From Styela clava (taxonomy: Eukaryota): 64,000 bases of DNA. Shown one piece after another: positions 1 to 11,864 of the stretch (position 1 is its first letter; each line of letters starts with the position of its first letter). The position numbers and the translations under genes are program-made. The stretch covers positions 11,284,001-11,348,000 of the forward strand of contig NC_135253.1 in the NCBI RefSeq assembly GCF_964204865.1. The letters run 5' to 3'. The notes beneath the pieces were generated by a model. It had not been told where the DNA came from and did no database searches. It worked only from the letters and a program-made list of their open reading frames with translations.

Positions 1-1875
1 TAACGTTGAACACAAACCTAAAACGACCTTAGGAAGGAGGCCGGCCTAGTCTACTCATGTTCTAGCAATTTTCGAAATCATATTGGTATCTGCATTGTGT
101 CAAAAACAGTAAAGAGTTCTGGATTTCAATCAGGGGGTGGAGGATAACCATAATGAACAAAGAAAATTAAGCGCAATATTATCTGAAACATGATCTCATC
201 AAACTACATTAGGCTCCATGGTCGTGAAAGTAAAATAAGAAAAAATGAGAGAGTCCGCCGAAACAAGCATTTCGACTTCAAAATACCACGGGGATGTATA
301 TTGCCATGTCCCTTTCATATAGCCTAATGTGTTGCGTGGTGTCCCATGAGGTAATTAGAATCACGAATCTAACCAAAGTGAATGTATGCATATCTCTCTT
401 CCTCGTTCTGAGCTACTTGCCCAGTTTAGCTGTTCTACGTGGGTGTCGGCGTACGTTATAGCGTAATTAAACAACATAGCGTAAGATCTCTTCATAAATA
501 ACAATTTTTCATGACACACTCTGCTTACACGCAAACGTTACTGTGGCCCGGATAGATAACAGACAGAAGGGCCAAGTTTACCTGCAGGTAGGTAGACTAG
601 GGCCCCTTATCAAAAATCGTCTTTATGCTGTGCAATCGTGGGTATTTCAATAAAAACATAGTAAAAAGATATCAGATCACTTTTTTACTGAACAATCAAA
701 ACAATTACAGAGAATTTATATATTACTCACGCAAACACTCCAAGTCAAAAAAATGTCGCCTCTTGTTAGCTAAGTTGCATTACAGCGGAAAAGTGTGTGC
801 TGTAAAATCTTTTGTGGTGTTTTGAAAAAGAAGAATTTGTTTTCATTAGCCTTATGTGTCAAAATTTTTTTGAAAGTGCAACTAGAACGTTTTGTGCCTC
901 ACGAGGAACATAGCTGCTACAAGGCGGCCCGCTGTCTGGGAGACGCGGCGCTACATCTTTACAACCAACCAATTGTGCTACTCAGTAGCCTAATGCAATT
1001 TAGTCTATCGTGGAATTACTGCATGGGGTGCACTAGAAATACTTATTAGATCTTAAACTACCGATGTTGAAGATTCAAACTTTATAAAGTCATTACAAAT
1101 TTATAAAATCACAAATTGAGCAAAAAGAGCCCTATTTGTAGACGAACATTTTCCTATATTTCAGTCGTTAGATCGATATATAACTTTTCCCTTCGATTTG
1201 CGCGATTTTATGGGATTGAAAAAAATTGGTGTGCCCACGTTTCAGTATACCTGAATTTCAATAACTTGTTCTATTCCCCCTCATCCAGCATACAAATTGA
1301 ACACTGCTGATCAAATGAATGAATAATGGTTTATATATATATGCTACTATTGAATTTATTTCGATTTTAGATCTCAAATTTAATATTATTGTAGTTGATA
1401 TTTCCTTATTCCGGGTGTGATAAAAGTCGAACAGAAGAAATCTAAAAATAAAGTTTGAGAATAACTATTGTTTTAGTAATATGTGTGCAAGAATTGAAAT
1501 GACGGGTCAATAGTTATGCACTGTTGTGAGTCTGACATGGTTTGCAAATGGATTGCTAGCATCAATTTTTGTGAATTTCCTTGTGAATATCGTTGCCATT
1601 TTGGGGAATGACTATTGTGTTTTTATGCTTCCATAAATCACGTCAAATATACAAACTTAACTCATTTGGATCTGTCTGCATTATTTATACGATTTAGATA
1701 ATAATTGATGTGGTCTTATCGGTAAGGTTACGTACTTTCCAGGGGGTTTGAAGAAATGCCCAAAGCAATAAAGAAAACAGTCGTTTCCACACTAACACGG
1801 TGCATTTCAATAAATGTTTAAACTTATAAACGGGAGTGAATCGTAGATAATTAGATTACCCTTTTAGGTATGCAT

Positions 1876-4800
1876 TTATTCATCGTATTCCGGATCCTCC
1901 TCCGAGTAATCATCTCCGTCCATCTCATCACCCTCATCATCATCGTTCATATACTCTGCAAGAAGCATCAACATGTCATTGGCAACTTCTGGTTCGTCCT
2001 CCATGAACGATTTCAACTCGCCAATCGCGTCTGCTCTGGTCTTTGCTTGTTGTTGTTGGATTGTTACAAGGGCAGCTGGAAGAAAATTTTGCAAAATGTT
2101 AACTACAGTTCCATGATTGCATAAAATAGAGCAGTTAATATGATACATTATACGTTCTTCCAGTGGCGGCGCGTCAATAGGGCCAACCGGGGCAATGCCC
2201 CGGTTGTTTTTTCGGTATAATAAAAAATATTCGAAAAATACCTCAATATCGGTTGCACAGACTGTCTACACTAGCCATATTCTCCCGACATGGTTCATTT
2301 TTCGCTCGCAAAGCCTTCGCCGAACGTCGACGCGGCGACGCCGATTTTGCCCCGGTTGCTCATTGTATATAGTATTCTCTCTTTTATCTTCCACTCGCCG
2401 CGTTTGTCTCGTTTGTTTTCTGTTTCTTTTACTAAATCATCGGGGCCGATCGGGGCTAGCCCCGAACTTATGAAGACACAATGCCGACGTTTCTTACAAC
2501 AACGTGTTGACATATTCACGCATTCCTTCTCGTTCGTTGGTTGCTTGAAGAGTTGATAGTTTCCTCGCCTTCGTTTTTGTCGCTTGTTTCGCTATTTGAA
2601 TCAGTTAGAGACCTTTAGTCCATTTGCTTTCGATTTTCCACATTCCTTTTGAGCTCCTCACTTCTTTCCGGCTTCGCATTTCTTAGCCTTAGACCTCATA
2701 ATGAATAAGGTTGATGCACTACTTCGCACTCCGTTTTCACAGCTGCTGCTGGAACAAAAATTAGAGGTACAACGTCTTGGGCCTTATCAACCAAAAATTG
2801 TTCACTGGAACAATCCCATGACGGAGGAAAGCGTCGGCGTACATTCTGCGCAGAAACTTGGTATAACAAAACACGAATGGTTGTGTTACAGCGAGGACAA
2901 AAATGCACTTTTTTGTTTTTATTGCCTACTTTTTGCTACCGCCCGTGACTCACGTTGGTGTAAATTTGGTTTTAGAGATCTTAAACATCTTTCCGAGCGT
3001 GCCAGGGATCATCAATCTTCTATGGAGCATCTGGACAATGCAGTAAAATACCGAACATTCGGAAATGTTAATATTGCAGCACAGTTGGATGAAGGACGCG
3101 CGGTTTCTATTCGTCGGCACAACCAAAACGCCGAGAAAAACCGCCATGTTCTCGGTCGATTGAGAGATGTTTTGAAGTTCATTGGTTGTCACGAGCTGTC
3201 CCTCCGTGGGCATCATGAACGGGCTGGCTCTACTAATAGAGGGGTATTTTTGGATATGATGGAATACACCGCATCCCTAGATACAGTATTGAGAGATCAT
3301 CTTGATGCCGCAATTGTTTCGAAAGGGACATCTAAGGATATCCAAAATGATTTGCTCGACTCAATGTATAACATTTATTTACAACATTTGGCTCTGGAAA
3401 TTGAGAATTGCCAGTTCCTTTAGATTCAGTCTGACGAGACACCTGAAATCACGTGCGTTTCCCAACTGGCTGTGATTTTTCGGTTTGTGAAAGATGGTAA
3501 ACCTACCGAGAGATTTCACAGCTTTGTACCAATCGTTGATCGCACGGCTTGCGGGATATCGGCTGTACTGAAAGAAGTGTTACAGCCTTACAACGCGAAG
3601 TCAAAATTGATTGCTCAAACTTATGACGGCGTGGCAGTCATGAGTGGGTTGAAACATGGTGTTCAAGTTTATATAAAAGAAGATTTTCCTCATGCGCATT
3701 TTTTACATTGTTATGCACACCAATTTAACCTCGTTATTAAAAATATGTTTCTTGATACCCCTCTCGTCCGTATATTTTTTGCAAATGTTTCGGGGTTTTC
3801 TTCATTTTTTTCCGTTTCGCCGAAGCGCTCTGACCTCCTTTGCCAGATATGTAGCCGCCGTCTCCCAGCCTGTGCACCAACACGTTGGAACTTTCAATCA
3901 CGCGTGGTGCAGGGCGTGTCCGAAATTAGGTCTGAGCTCATTGAGTGTTTCAATGGCAGAGCTCACCGGTTTGGGACGAACGCTCCGTGAGGGAGGCGGC
4001 AGGTCTAAAGCGTCTGCTAGAAGATGGTGAGTTTTCATTTTTTCTCGCCTTTTTCTCCACAATATTCTATCACGTGGATGTTTTATACGGCGCATTGCAG
4101 TCAAGGCTAATGGATGGAGCGTCTGTGCAGTCGTGTATTTCAGACTTTTTCAAAATTTGCACGTCAATTTCCCATCCATTTGTTGGCTACTGTCTCCAAA
4201 TTTTACCCCATGATAAACGTGGGTAAATTGGAAAATGAATTGCGATGTATATACACCAATCAAACTTTTTTGAACATCACATCAACTTGCGCGCTCTATG
4301 GGTTCCTCATAGATAACACTCTAGTAACTACCTTTGCGGCGTCTGCAAAATTTCTGGACATCATTTTGACGACGCCTATTTCTTCCGCCGACGCAGAGCG
4401 AACATTCAGCACGCTGAAGCGTATTAAAACGTATCTCAGAAACACCATGAAGCAAGATAGATTAAATTCCTTGGCTGTTTTATCCATTCACAGAGACGTT
4501 ATTTCTGGGATGCATGACTTTAATCAGCGCGTTATTGAGCATTTTGCTTCCAAGAAACCGCGGCGTGTTGCATATATGTTCAAGCAGTAGAAGTCTAGCA
4601 GCATATATATCTATGAGTGAGCGACGCATGTCCTTATCTTTGCATTACCTTTCCTTTCTTCATAGTAACGTTTTAAACCTTATTTTTAGGTTTTGTCTGC
4701 TTTCCCGAAGTTTCTGTTAATATGTCATTGTATTTATCTGGGTAAACATTGCCTTACCTTTTGAAAGAGGTTTCAAAATAAACTATGTCTATATTTATTA

Positions 4801-5691
4801 ATCCCTTGACTTGGACCGGTTTTAAAGACACTTTCTTATCGTTAAAAATTGTCGCTTTTGCCGATTGGTTGTTACCGATGGAATGGTTTTTATACTCCTA
4901 AAATGATGGGAGAACTTACAGCGCTCATCCTGTCCCCGTAGATGGGGGTGACTTGGTCCCGCAGTAGCTTGCCCCGGTTGTCAAAATGACCACGCGCCGC
5001 TACTGCGTTCTTCAAATATAGAGTTTGTGTCATGCGAAACGGAAATTTGCTCGAAGAAGTCTCCTAGTCAGACAATATGAGCGGTGTACTTATTATAGCT
5101 TAAATGGCCGATATTTGTTTATTTCAAGATTTAGCACACACATATTATTGCATATTGGGGGAGGTGGTAGACATGGGAAAATTTCGAGAATCAGATCTCG
5201 GAATAATGGGTTGTTCTGCACGAAATGCATTCAATGCAAAAAAAACCAAGACATCTAGAAACCCACATCTGGCGATAAGAAGTCAAATTCATAAATATCC
5301 CTTCGAAGTGAAATTTATGCATATGGTTACTTTTTAGGGCTGTGTTCAAAAGAAGGATGCAGTGAAGTAAAATTTCATCGATATATTTACCATCTTCGTC
5401 GTGTCGTCTTCTTCTCTTGGATCGATAACGCCAGCGACTAAGTCTTTCTCTCCAACGTCGAATCCTTCTGCGCCATCCACTCCGACGACCACGTTTTTTG
5501 AATCTGTACGACCTATCAATAAAATGTTACAGTGTGGAAACATCATTTAAACTTATTGTAGATGGAAGCAAAAATAGGTTTATAGAAACTGTGATTTACA
5601 CTTTGGACTGCCAAATAGAAAATAAAACCTACTGACTCTCGGCCAAGAGCATCGCCAATACAAGGACGACGAACAGAAATTTCCAATTCAT
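1876..5691 (-). CDS. Secreted Arg/Trp-rich cationic peptide precursor with acidic propiece (putative antimicrobial peptide), copy A, 126 aa
   Basis: Hand-spliced coding exons 5691-5633, 5512-5391 and 2075-1876, all GT-AG with matching phases (2, then 1). A non-coding exon 1 ends at 5758 (donor GTAAGA). Product: MNWKFLFVVLVLAMLLAESQS-YRFKKRGRRSGWRRRIRRWRERLSRWRYRSKRRRRH-DEDAALVTIQQQQAKTRADAIGELKSFMEDEPEVANDMLMLLAEYMNDDDEGDEMDGDDYSEEDPEYDE*. The same structure is conserved in copy B. Antimicrobial function is inferred. Confidence 0.85.
2161..5005 (+). mobile_element. hAT-superfamily DNA transposon (2845 bp, defective) in intron 3 of peptide gene copy A
   Basis: TIRs CAGTGGCGGCGCGT / ACGCGCCGCTACTG. 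Perfect 8-bp TSD CGTTCTTC (2153-2160, 5006-5013). The empty site is present in the paralogous copy at ~10296-10303. Confidence 0.95.
2701..4590 (+). pseudogene. Disrupted hAT transposase (ZMYM1/Tip100-like: TTF-type Zn finger, DUF4371-like region, hAT C-terminal dimerisation domain)
   Basis: Motifs WLCYSEDKNALFCFYCLLF, QSDET, YDG..VMSG, HCYAHQFNL, PTRW and PISSADAERTFSTLKRIKTYLRNTMKQDRL. In-frame TAG at 3421-3423, a frameshift near 3950 and an apparent internal deletion near 4150. Confidence 0.9.
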
Positions 5692-5822
5692 CTGTAAAAT
5701 ATCAGAAAAGTTATTAGCTTCATGCAAATACATACAAGTTTAGACAAATTGTCTTACCTTGAAAATGGCGTTGTTCTTTTCAAATAAAGAATAAAATAAT
5801 GGGTTGTCTTATGCTCATTCTG

Positions 5823-5830
5823 CTTTTATA
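5823..5830 (-). promoter_or_regulatory. TATA box of peptide gene copy A
   Basis: TATAAAAG on the minus strand ~65 bp upstream of the exon-1 donor; conserved in copy B. Confidence 0.6.
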
Positions 5831-8800
5831 GATGCCTTTACGGAGTATAAATGTTCGGCCAACGAAGTCTGATCCTGCCAATTAAACTCTTCAGATACCA
5901 TATGGTACATTTGCCTTTGAATGACAACATGGTCACGTTGTGGATTGCAAAACATTTTGAACCAATCATATGAAAGATTCCGCGTTATATAATCTAATCA
6001 ATGTCATAAAAATAGAATGTTGCTATGATGCATCTCACATTTATTTCCAAATCAGTCCCAATTGTTAAAAATATTTATTTTCCAAGTTGTCAAGTCAGTT
6101 GCGTGCATGACTATAGCTTTTTTTGCATAATTGTGACGCCGGGTTCTTGTTACATAATGTGGACGACAGACATATGTATATATAGAAACCAACCTGCTTC
6201 CAAACATCTGTCCAAATGCAACACAAATATTGTGCTACCTATTACACCCCTTTATTTCACCACAGCATTAAAAATGCTACAATAAAAATTTAACTTCGTC
6301 AATATATTCTCAATATATATAGGAAAATAAGTTCAATATATCCCGCTTGAGATATAACCTCAATTTAGCTATACGAATTATAGGCATTTGGTTAGCATGG
6401 AATTGTTCAGTCGATTGGCAGGTGTATCATAACACAGCAGTGCTGGTAACATAACACTGCTGGTACTCATCAACTAGTCTATGCCATAGAGTAGACTCTA
6501 TGTGAAAAGTGCACAGCGGCATGCAACAATAAAATTCCGACACAAGCTCTGTGATTTAGCAAATACGTGGAACGTTTCTGGGTTCGTGGGTTTCTGTTTG
6601 GCAGACAGATGAAGAAGGGGCAAGCTGTGTTTCGTGTTACTATTCCTAACTCATTGGAAACGAAGTGGATCTATAGATCGTTTTATTGTTATTTGTATTT
6701 TTCTTTTTCTAGTTGTTGTTGTAAAAAAATCGCTTTTCTTAAGGAATACTGGATCAATTGCTTTAAATATTTATGTGGTTAACGATTGTTTGGGTCTCTA
6801 GGTCATTACTTTTCTTCAATTAAAAAATATCTGCGTGCTCCATGAGTCCATGGGATTCATTTTTCACTGTGAATTTTTGTGCGATGACGTCGGCGAAAGT
6901 AGAAAATTGCGTACCTTATGCTGTTCCGCACCCTCAATGGTTGCGCTTTCGTGGTCAGTCGAAGACGGGAAATATATGGTACCGGTACTGTAAATAATTT
7001 ATACCAGTACTAATTCGTTTTGGCTTTCGTGTCCATATATTTGAGCATCGCTCATTTGCTTGAATATAAATTGATTGAATCTTGAAATTGATAACCCAAA
7101 CATCTTTAATCCTGTGATAACGATCTGAGATCGACCCTACTCGTACCCATTATGGTGAATTAGGTTATGTTAAACAAAAATATTTGTATTCTCGATTCAA
7201 ATCCCTACTGAGTTAAGTAGGCTACATTCCTTTGAAGTATATATCACTTTATGGCTCACCTACAAATTTCGTATATGTGTGCTTTCCGTCCGGTGACATG
7301 CTGTTAAGTTCAAATAAACCAAAGAGTGCCCAAAACAGTTGAGTAATTGCACCCGACATGGTGGGGAAAGGTTGGATATTGGTAATGCACGTTCCGTTCC
7401 GAACTGTAATATATGTTGAATTCGCCATAACAGACGATGAAAATAATTGATAAAAACGGACAAAAACCGATTATTGTATCAGGAGAGCAAACGAAACCTT
7501 ATTTCATACCTGATCTCATACCTGACTCACCTCACGGAATAAGCGAATAACTTCCGTTCACATAGTACATAATTTCAACATATCTAAGGGCTGTTTTGAT
7601 TACGCGAGACCAAGTCGTATAATCCAAGCTGTGCACTAAAAACCCTGAACTATTTGTAGTTGGTAATTTAGAAACTATTTCTAAGACAATTTTCACATAT
7701 GACTGGTTTTGAAAATATCTTCATTCACGCTCGGATTGATGTCGGGTATGGTTTGATAATAGTTGTATATATTGAAACGAAATATCGCGCAACCCAAGTT
7801 AGATGAAACACGGCACATACAAAAATCGACTATCAATATATATTTTTTTATCGCTTAGAACTAGTGAGCATGTATTCTTTCATTTGTGTTCATACTGGTA
7901 CTAAGGCTCACCACAGGATGCCACACCACCCACAACCCGGGCGCATAATTGGAATCAGAATGAATTTTCGTGTGATGGCCGATCGTTCGTCATGTCACGC
8001 GGTAATAAGCACGGCATATGGATGGTGACCGTACAAACTTTAGGCAATCTACGCCTGTTGCCGATTAAGCAAAAGTGTCGTGCCATATTCATTGCGGGTT
8101 TGAATTACGTAAAACACAAACCTAAAAAGACCTTAGGAAAGAGGCCGGCCTAGTCTACTCATGTTCTAGCAATTTTCGAAATCATATTCGTATCTGCATT
8201 GTGTCAAAAACAGTGAAGAGTTCTGAATATCAATCAATCAGGGGGTGGACGATAATCATAATGAACAAAGAAAATTAAGCGCAATATTATCTGAAACATG
8301 ATCTCATCATGCTACATTAGGCTCCAGGGTCGTGAAAGTAAAATAAGAAAAAAGATTAGAGAATCCGCCGAAAGAAGCATTTCGACTTCAAAATACCACG
8401 GGGATGTATATTGCCATGCCTCTTTCACATAATGTGTTGCGTTGTGTCCCATGAGGTAATTAGAATCACAAAGCCAACCTAAGTCGTGTAAGTGAATGTA
8501 TGCATATCTCTCTTCCTCGTCCTGAGCTACTTGCCCAGTTTAGCTGTTCTACGTGGATGTCGGTGTACGTTATAGCGTAATTAAACAACATAGCGTTAGA
8601 TCTCTTCATAAATAACAATTTGTCATGACACTCTGCGTATCCATTGTAATTTAAAACTTTTTTTGCTATTGCTTGCACGCAAACGTTATTGCTACCCGGG
8701 TAAATAGAAGGGCGTAATTTACCTGCTGGTATGTAGGTTAGGGCCCCTTATCACAAAAATCGTCTTCATGCAGTGCAATCGTGGGTATTTCAATAAAAAC

Positions 8801-10035
8801 ACAGTAAAAAGATAACAGAACACCTTTTTTAACACTTTTCGCACAAGCAAAACAATTACAGAGAATTTATATATTACGCACGCGAACACTCCGAGTCAAA
8901 AAAAAAAATGCCGCCTCGTGTTAATTAGCTAAGTTGCATTACAGCGGAAAAGTCTGTGCTGTAAACTCTTTTGTGGTGTTTCGAAAAAAGGAATTTGTCT
9001 TCATTAGCGTTACGTGTCAAATTTTTTTTTGAAAGTGCAACTAGAACGTTTTGTGCCTCACATAGAGGAACATAGTTGCTAAAAGTCAGCCCGCTGTCTG
9101 GGTGACGCGGCGCTACATCTTTACAACCAACCAATGGTGCTCCACAGTAGTCTATTGTAATTTAGTCTATCGTGGAATTACCGCATGTGGTGCACTAGAA
9201 TTACTTATTAGACCTTAACCTACCGATGTTGAAGATTCAAACTTTATAAAGTCATTACAAATTTATAAAATCATAAATTGAGCAAAAAGAATCCCTATTT
9301 GTAGACGAAAGTTTTCATATATTTCAGTCGTTAGATCGATATATAACTTTTCCCTTCGATTTGCGCGATTTTATGGGATTGAAAAAAATTGGTGTGCGTA
9401 CTTTTCAGTATATATAGACTACCTGAATTTCAATAACTTGTTCTATTCCCCTCACCCAGCGTACAAATTGAACACTGCTGATCAAAAGAATAAATAATGG
9501 TATATATATATGCTACTATTGAATTTATTTCGATTTTAGATCTCAAATTTAAAATTATTGTAGTTGATATTTCCTTATTCCGGGTGTGATAAAAGTCGAA
9601 CAGAAGAAATCTAAAAATAAAGTTTGAAAATACCTATTGCTTTAGTAATATCTGTGCAGGAACTGAAATGACGGGTCAATAGTTATGCACTGTTTTGAGT
9701 TTGACATGGTTTGCAAATGGATTGCTGGCATCGATTTTTGTGAATTTCCTTGTGAATATCGTTGCCATTTTGGGGAATGACCATTGTGTTTTGACTATCA
9801 CGTCAAATATACAAACTTTACTCATTTGGATCTGTCTACATTATTTATACGATTTAGATAATAATTGATGTGGTCTTATCGTTAAGGATACGTACTTTCC
9901 AGGGGGTTTGAAGAAATGCCCAAAGCAATAAAGAAAACAGTCGTTTCCACACTAACACGGTACATTTCAATAAATTGTTAAATTTATAAACGGGAGTGAA
10001 TCGTATATAATTAGATTACCATTTTAGGCATGCAT

Positions 10036-10990
10036 TTATTCATCGTATTCCGGATCCTCCTCCGAGTAATCATCTCCGTCCATCTCATCACCCTCATCAT
10101 CATCGTTCATATACTCTGCAAGAAGCATCAACATGTCATTGGCAACTTCTGGTTCGTCCTCCATGAACGATTTCAACTCGTCAATCGCGTCTTCTCTGGT
10201 CTTTGCTTGTTGTTGTTGGGTTGTTACAAGGGCAGCTGAAAGAAAATTTCGCAAAATTGTAACTACAATTTTATGAGCGCATATAATACATTATACGTTC
10301 TTCAAATATAGCATTTGTGTCATGCGAAACGGAAATTTGCTCGAAGAAGTCTTCTAGTCAGACAATATGAGTGGTGTACTTATTATAGCTTAAAATGACC
10401 GGTATTTGTTTATTTCAAGATATAGCGTACACATATATATTATTGCATATTGGGGGAGGTGGTAGACATGGAAAAATTTTGAAAATCAGATATCGAAATA
10501 ATGGGTTGTTCTGCACGAAATGCATTCAATGCGAAAAAACCAAGACATCTAGAAAACCACATCTGGCGATCAGAAGTCAAATTCATAAATATCCCTTCGA
10601 AGTGAAATTTCTGCCTATGGTTACTTTTTGGGACTGTGTTTAAAAGAAGGATTCAGTGAAGTAAAATTTCATCGATATATTTACCATCTTCATCGTGTCG
10701 TCTCCTGAATCGGAAACGCCGGCGCCAGCGACCAAATCTTCTTCTCCAACGTCGAATCCTTCTGCGCCATCCACCCCGACGACCACGTTTTTTGAATCTG
10801 TACGACCTATCAATAAAAAGTTACAATGTGGATACATCATTTAAACGTATTGCAAATGGAAGCAAAAATATGTTTATAGAAACTGTGATTTACACTTTGG
10901 ATTGGACTGCCAAATAGAAAAAAAAACTTACTGGCTCTCGGCCAAGAGCATCGCCAATACAAGGACGACGAACAGAAATTTCCAATTCAT
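10036..10990 (-). CDS. Secreted Arg/Trp-rich cationic peptide precursor with acidic propiece (putative antimicrobial peptide), copy B, 126 aa
   Basis: Coding exons 10990-10932, 10806-10685 and 10235-10036; non-coding exon 1 ends at 11057. Product: MNWKFLFVVLVLAMLLAESQS-YRFKKRGRRGGWRRRIRRWRRRFGRWRRRFRFRRRH-DEDAALVTTQQQQAKTREDAIDELKSFMEDEPEVANDMLMLLAEYMNDDDEGDEMDGDDYSEEDPEYDE*. Confidence 0.88.
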
Positions 10991-11121
10991 CTGTAAAATA
11001 TCAGAAAAGTTATTAGCTTCATGCAAATACATACAAGTTTAGACAAATTGTCTTACCTTGAAAAGAGTGTTGTTCTCTTCAAATGACGAATAAAATGATG
11101 GGTTGTCTTATGCTCATTCTG

Positions 11122-11129
11122 CTTTTATA
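11122..11129 (-). promoter_or_regulatory. TATA box of peptide gene copy B
   Basis: TATAAAAG on the minus strand at the same spacing from the exon-1 donor as in copy A. Confidence 0.6.
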
Positions 11130-11864
11130 GATGCCTTTACGGAGTATAAATGCTTGGCCAACGAATTCCGATCCTGCCAATTAAACTCTTCAGATACCAT
11201 ATGGTGCATTTGCCTTTAATTTTTTTTTATGACAACCTTAAATTATGACAACATGGTCACGTTGTGAATTGCAAAACATTTTGAACCAATCATATGAAAG
11301 ATTCGGCGTTATATAATCTAACCAATGTCATAAAAATAGAATGTTGCTGTGATGCATCTCACATTTATTTCCAAACCAGTCCCAATTGTTAAAAATGTCT
11401 ATTTTCCAAGTTGTCAAGTCAGTTGCGTGCATGACTATGGCCTTTTTTGCATAATCGTGACGCCGTGTTCTTGTTTCATAATGTGGACGATATACATATG
11501 TTATGTACATATAGAAACCAACCTGCATCCAAACATATGCCCAAATGCAACACAAATATTGTGCTACCTATTACACCCCTTTATTTTACCACAGCATTAA
11601 AATGCTACAAACAAAAACACGACCATATCGCTTCATTTATTAAGGTATAGCGAGCGAGGGCGATCTCTAAAGACAAGGAACGATAGCGCACCAGCGTTAT
11701 GGACGTTTTCCCGACCATTGACCCCGGAAAAAATTACTCTTATACTTTACTATTGCAAACTTTATGCTTATTCTGAGTGTTTTGGTGGGTTTGCGCATAT
11801 AATTGGTTTGCGTGTTTAAAACCCTAATTTTTACCAAAATTAATCAACCATGTGCCGTTTGCAG

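Larger units (their letters stand above)
1..6690. repeat. Tandem segmental duplication, unit A (runs off the window start)
   Basis: Colinear with ~8106-13225 apart from the hAT insertion and an unshared block (6285-6500 versus 11610-13030). Confidence 0.9.

Noticed and set aside
1870-2124. Hydrophobic plus-strand ORFs at 1870-2124 and 10030-10239
   Set aside because: They are antisense shadows of the GAT/GAA-rich acidic exon.
5391-5512. Protamine or sperm nuclear basic protein interpretation of the Arg-rich exon
   Set aside because: An N-terminal signal peptide, an amphipathic Trp stripe and an acidic propiece argue for a secreted product. The shared RRSGW with Ci-MAM-A24 is too short to claim homology.
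5346-5546. Acidic 66-aa ORFs at 5346-5546 and 10640-10840 (GRTDSKNVVVGVDGAEG...)
   Set aside because: These are an alternative frame of the cationic exon. Their phases do not fit the flanking signal exon (phase 2) or propiece exon (phase 1); only the Arg-rich frame joins.
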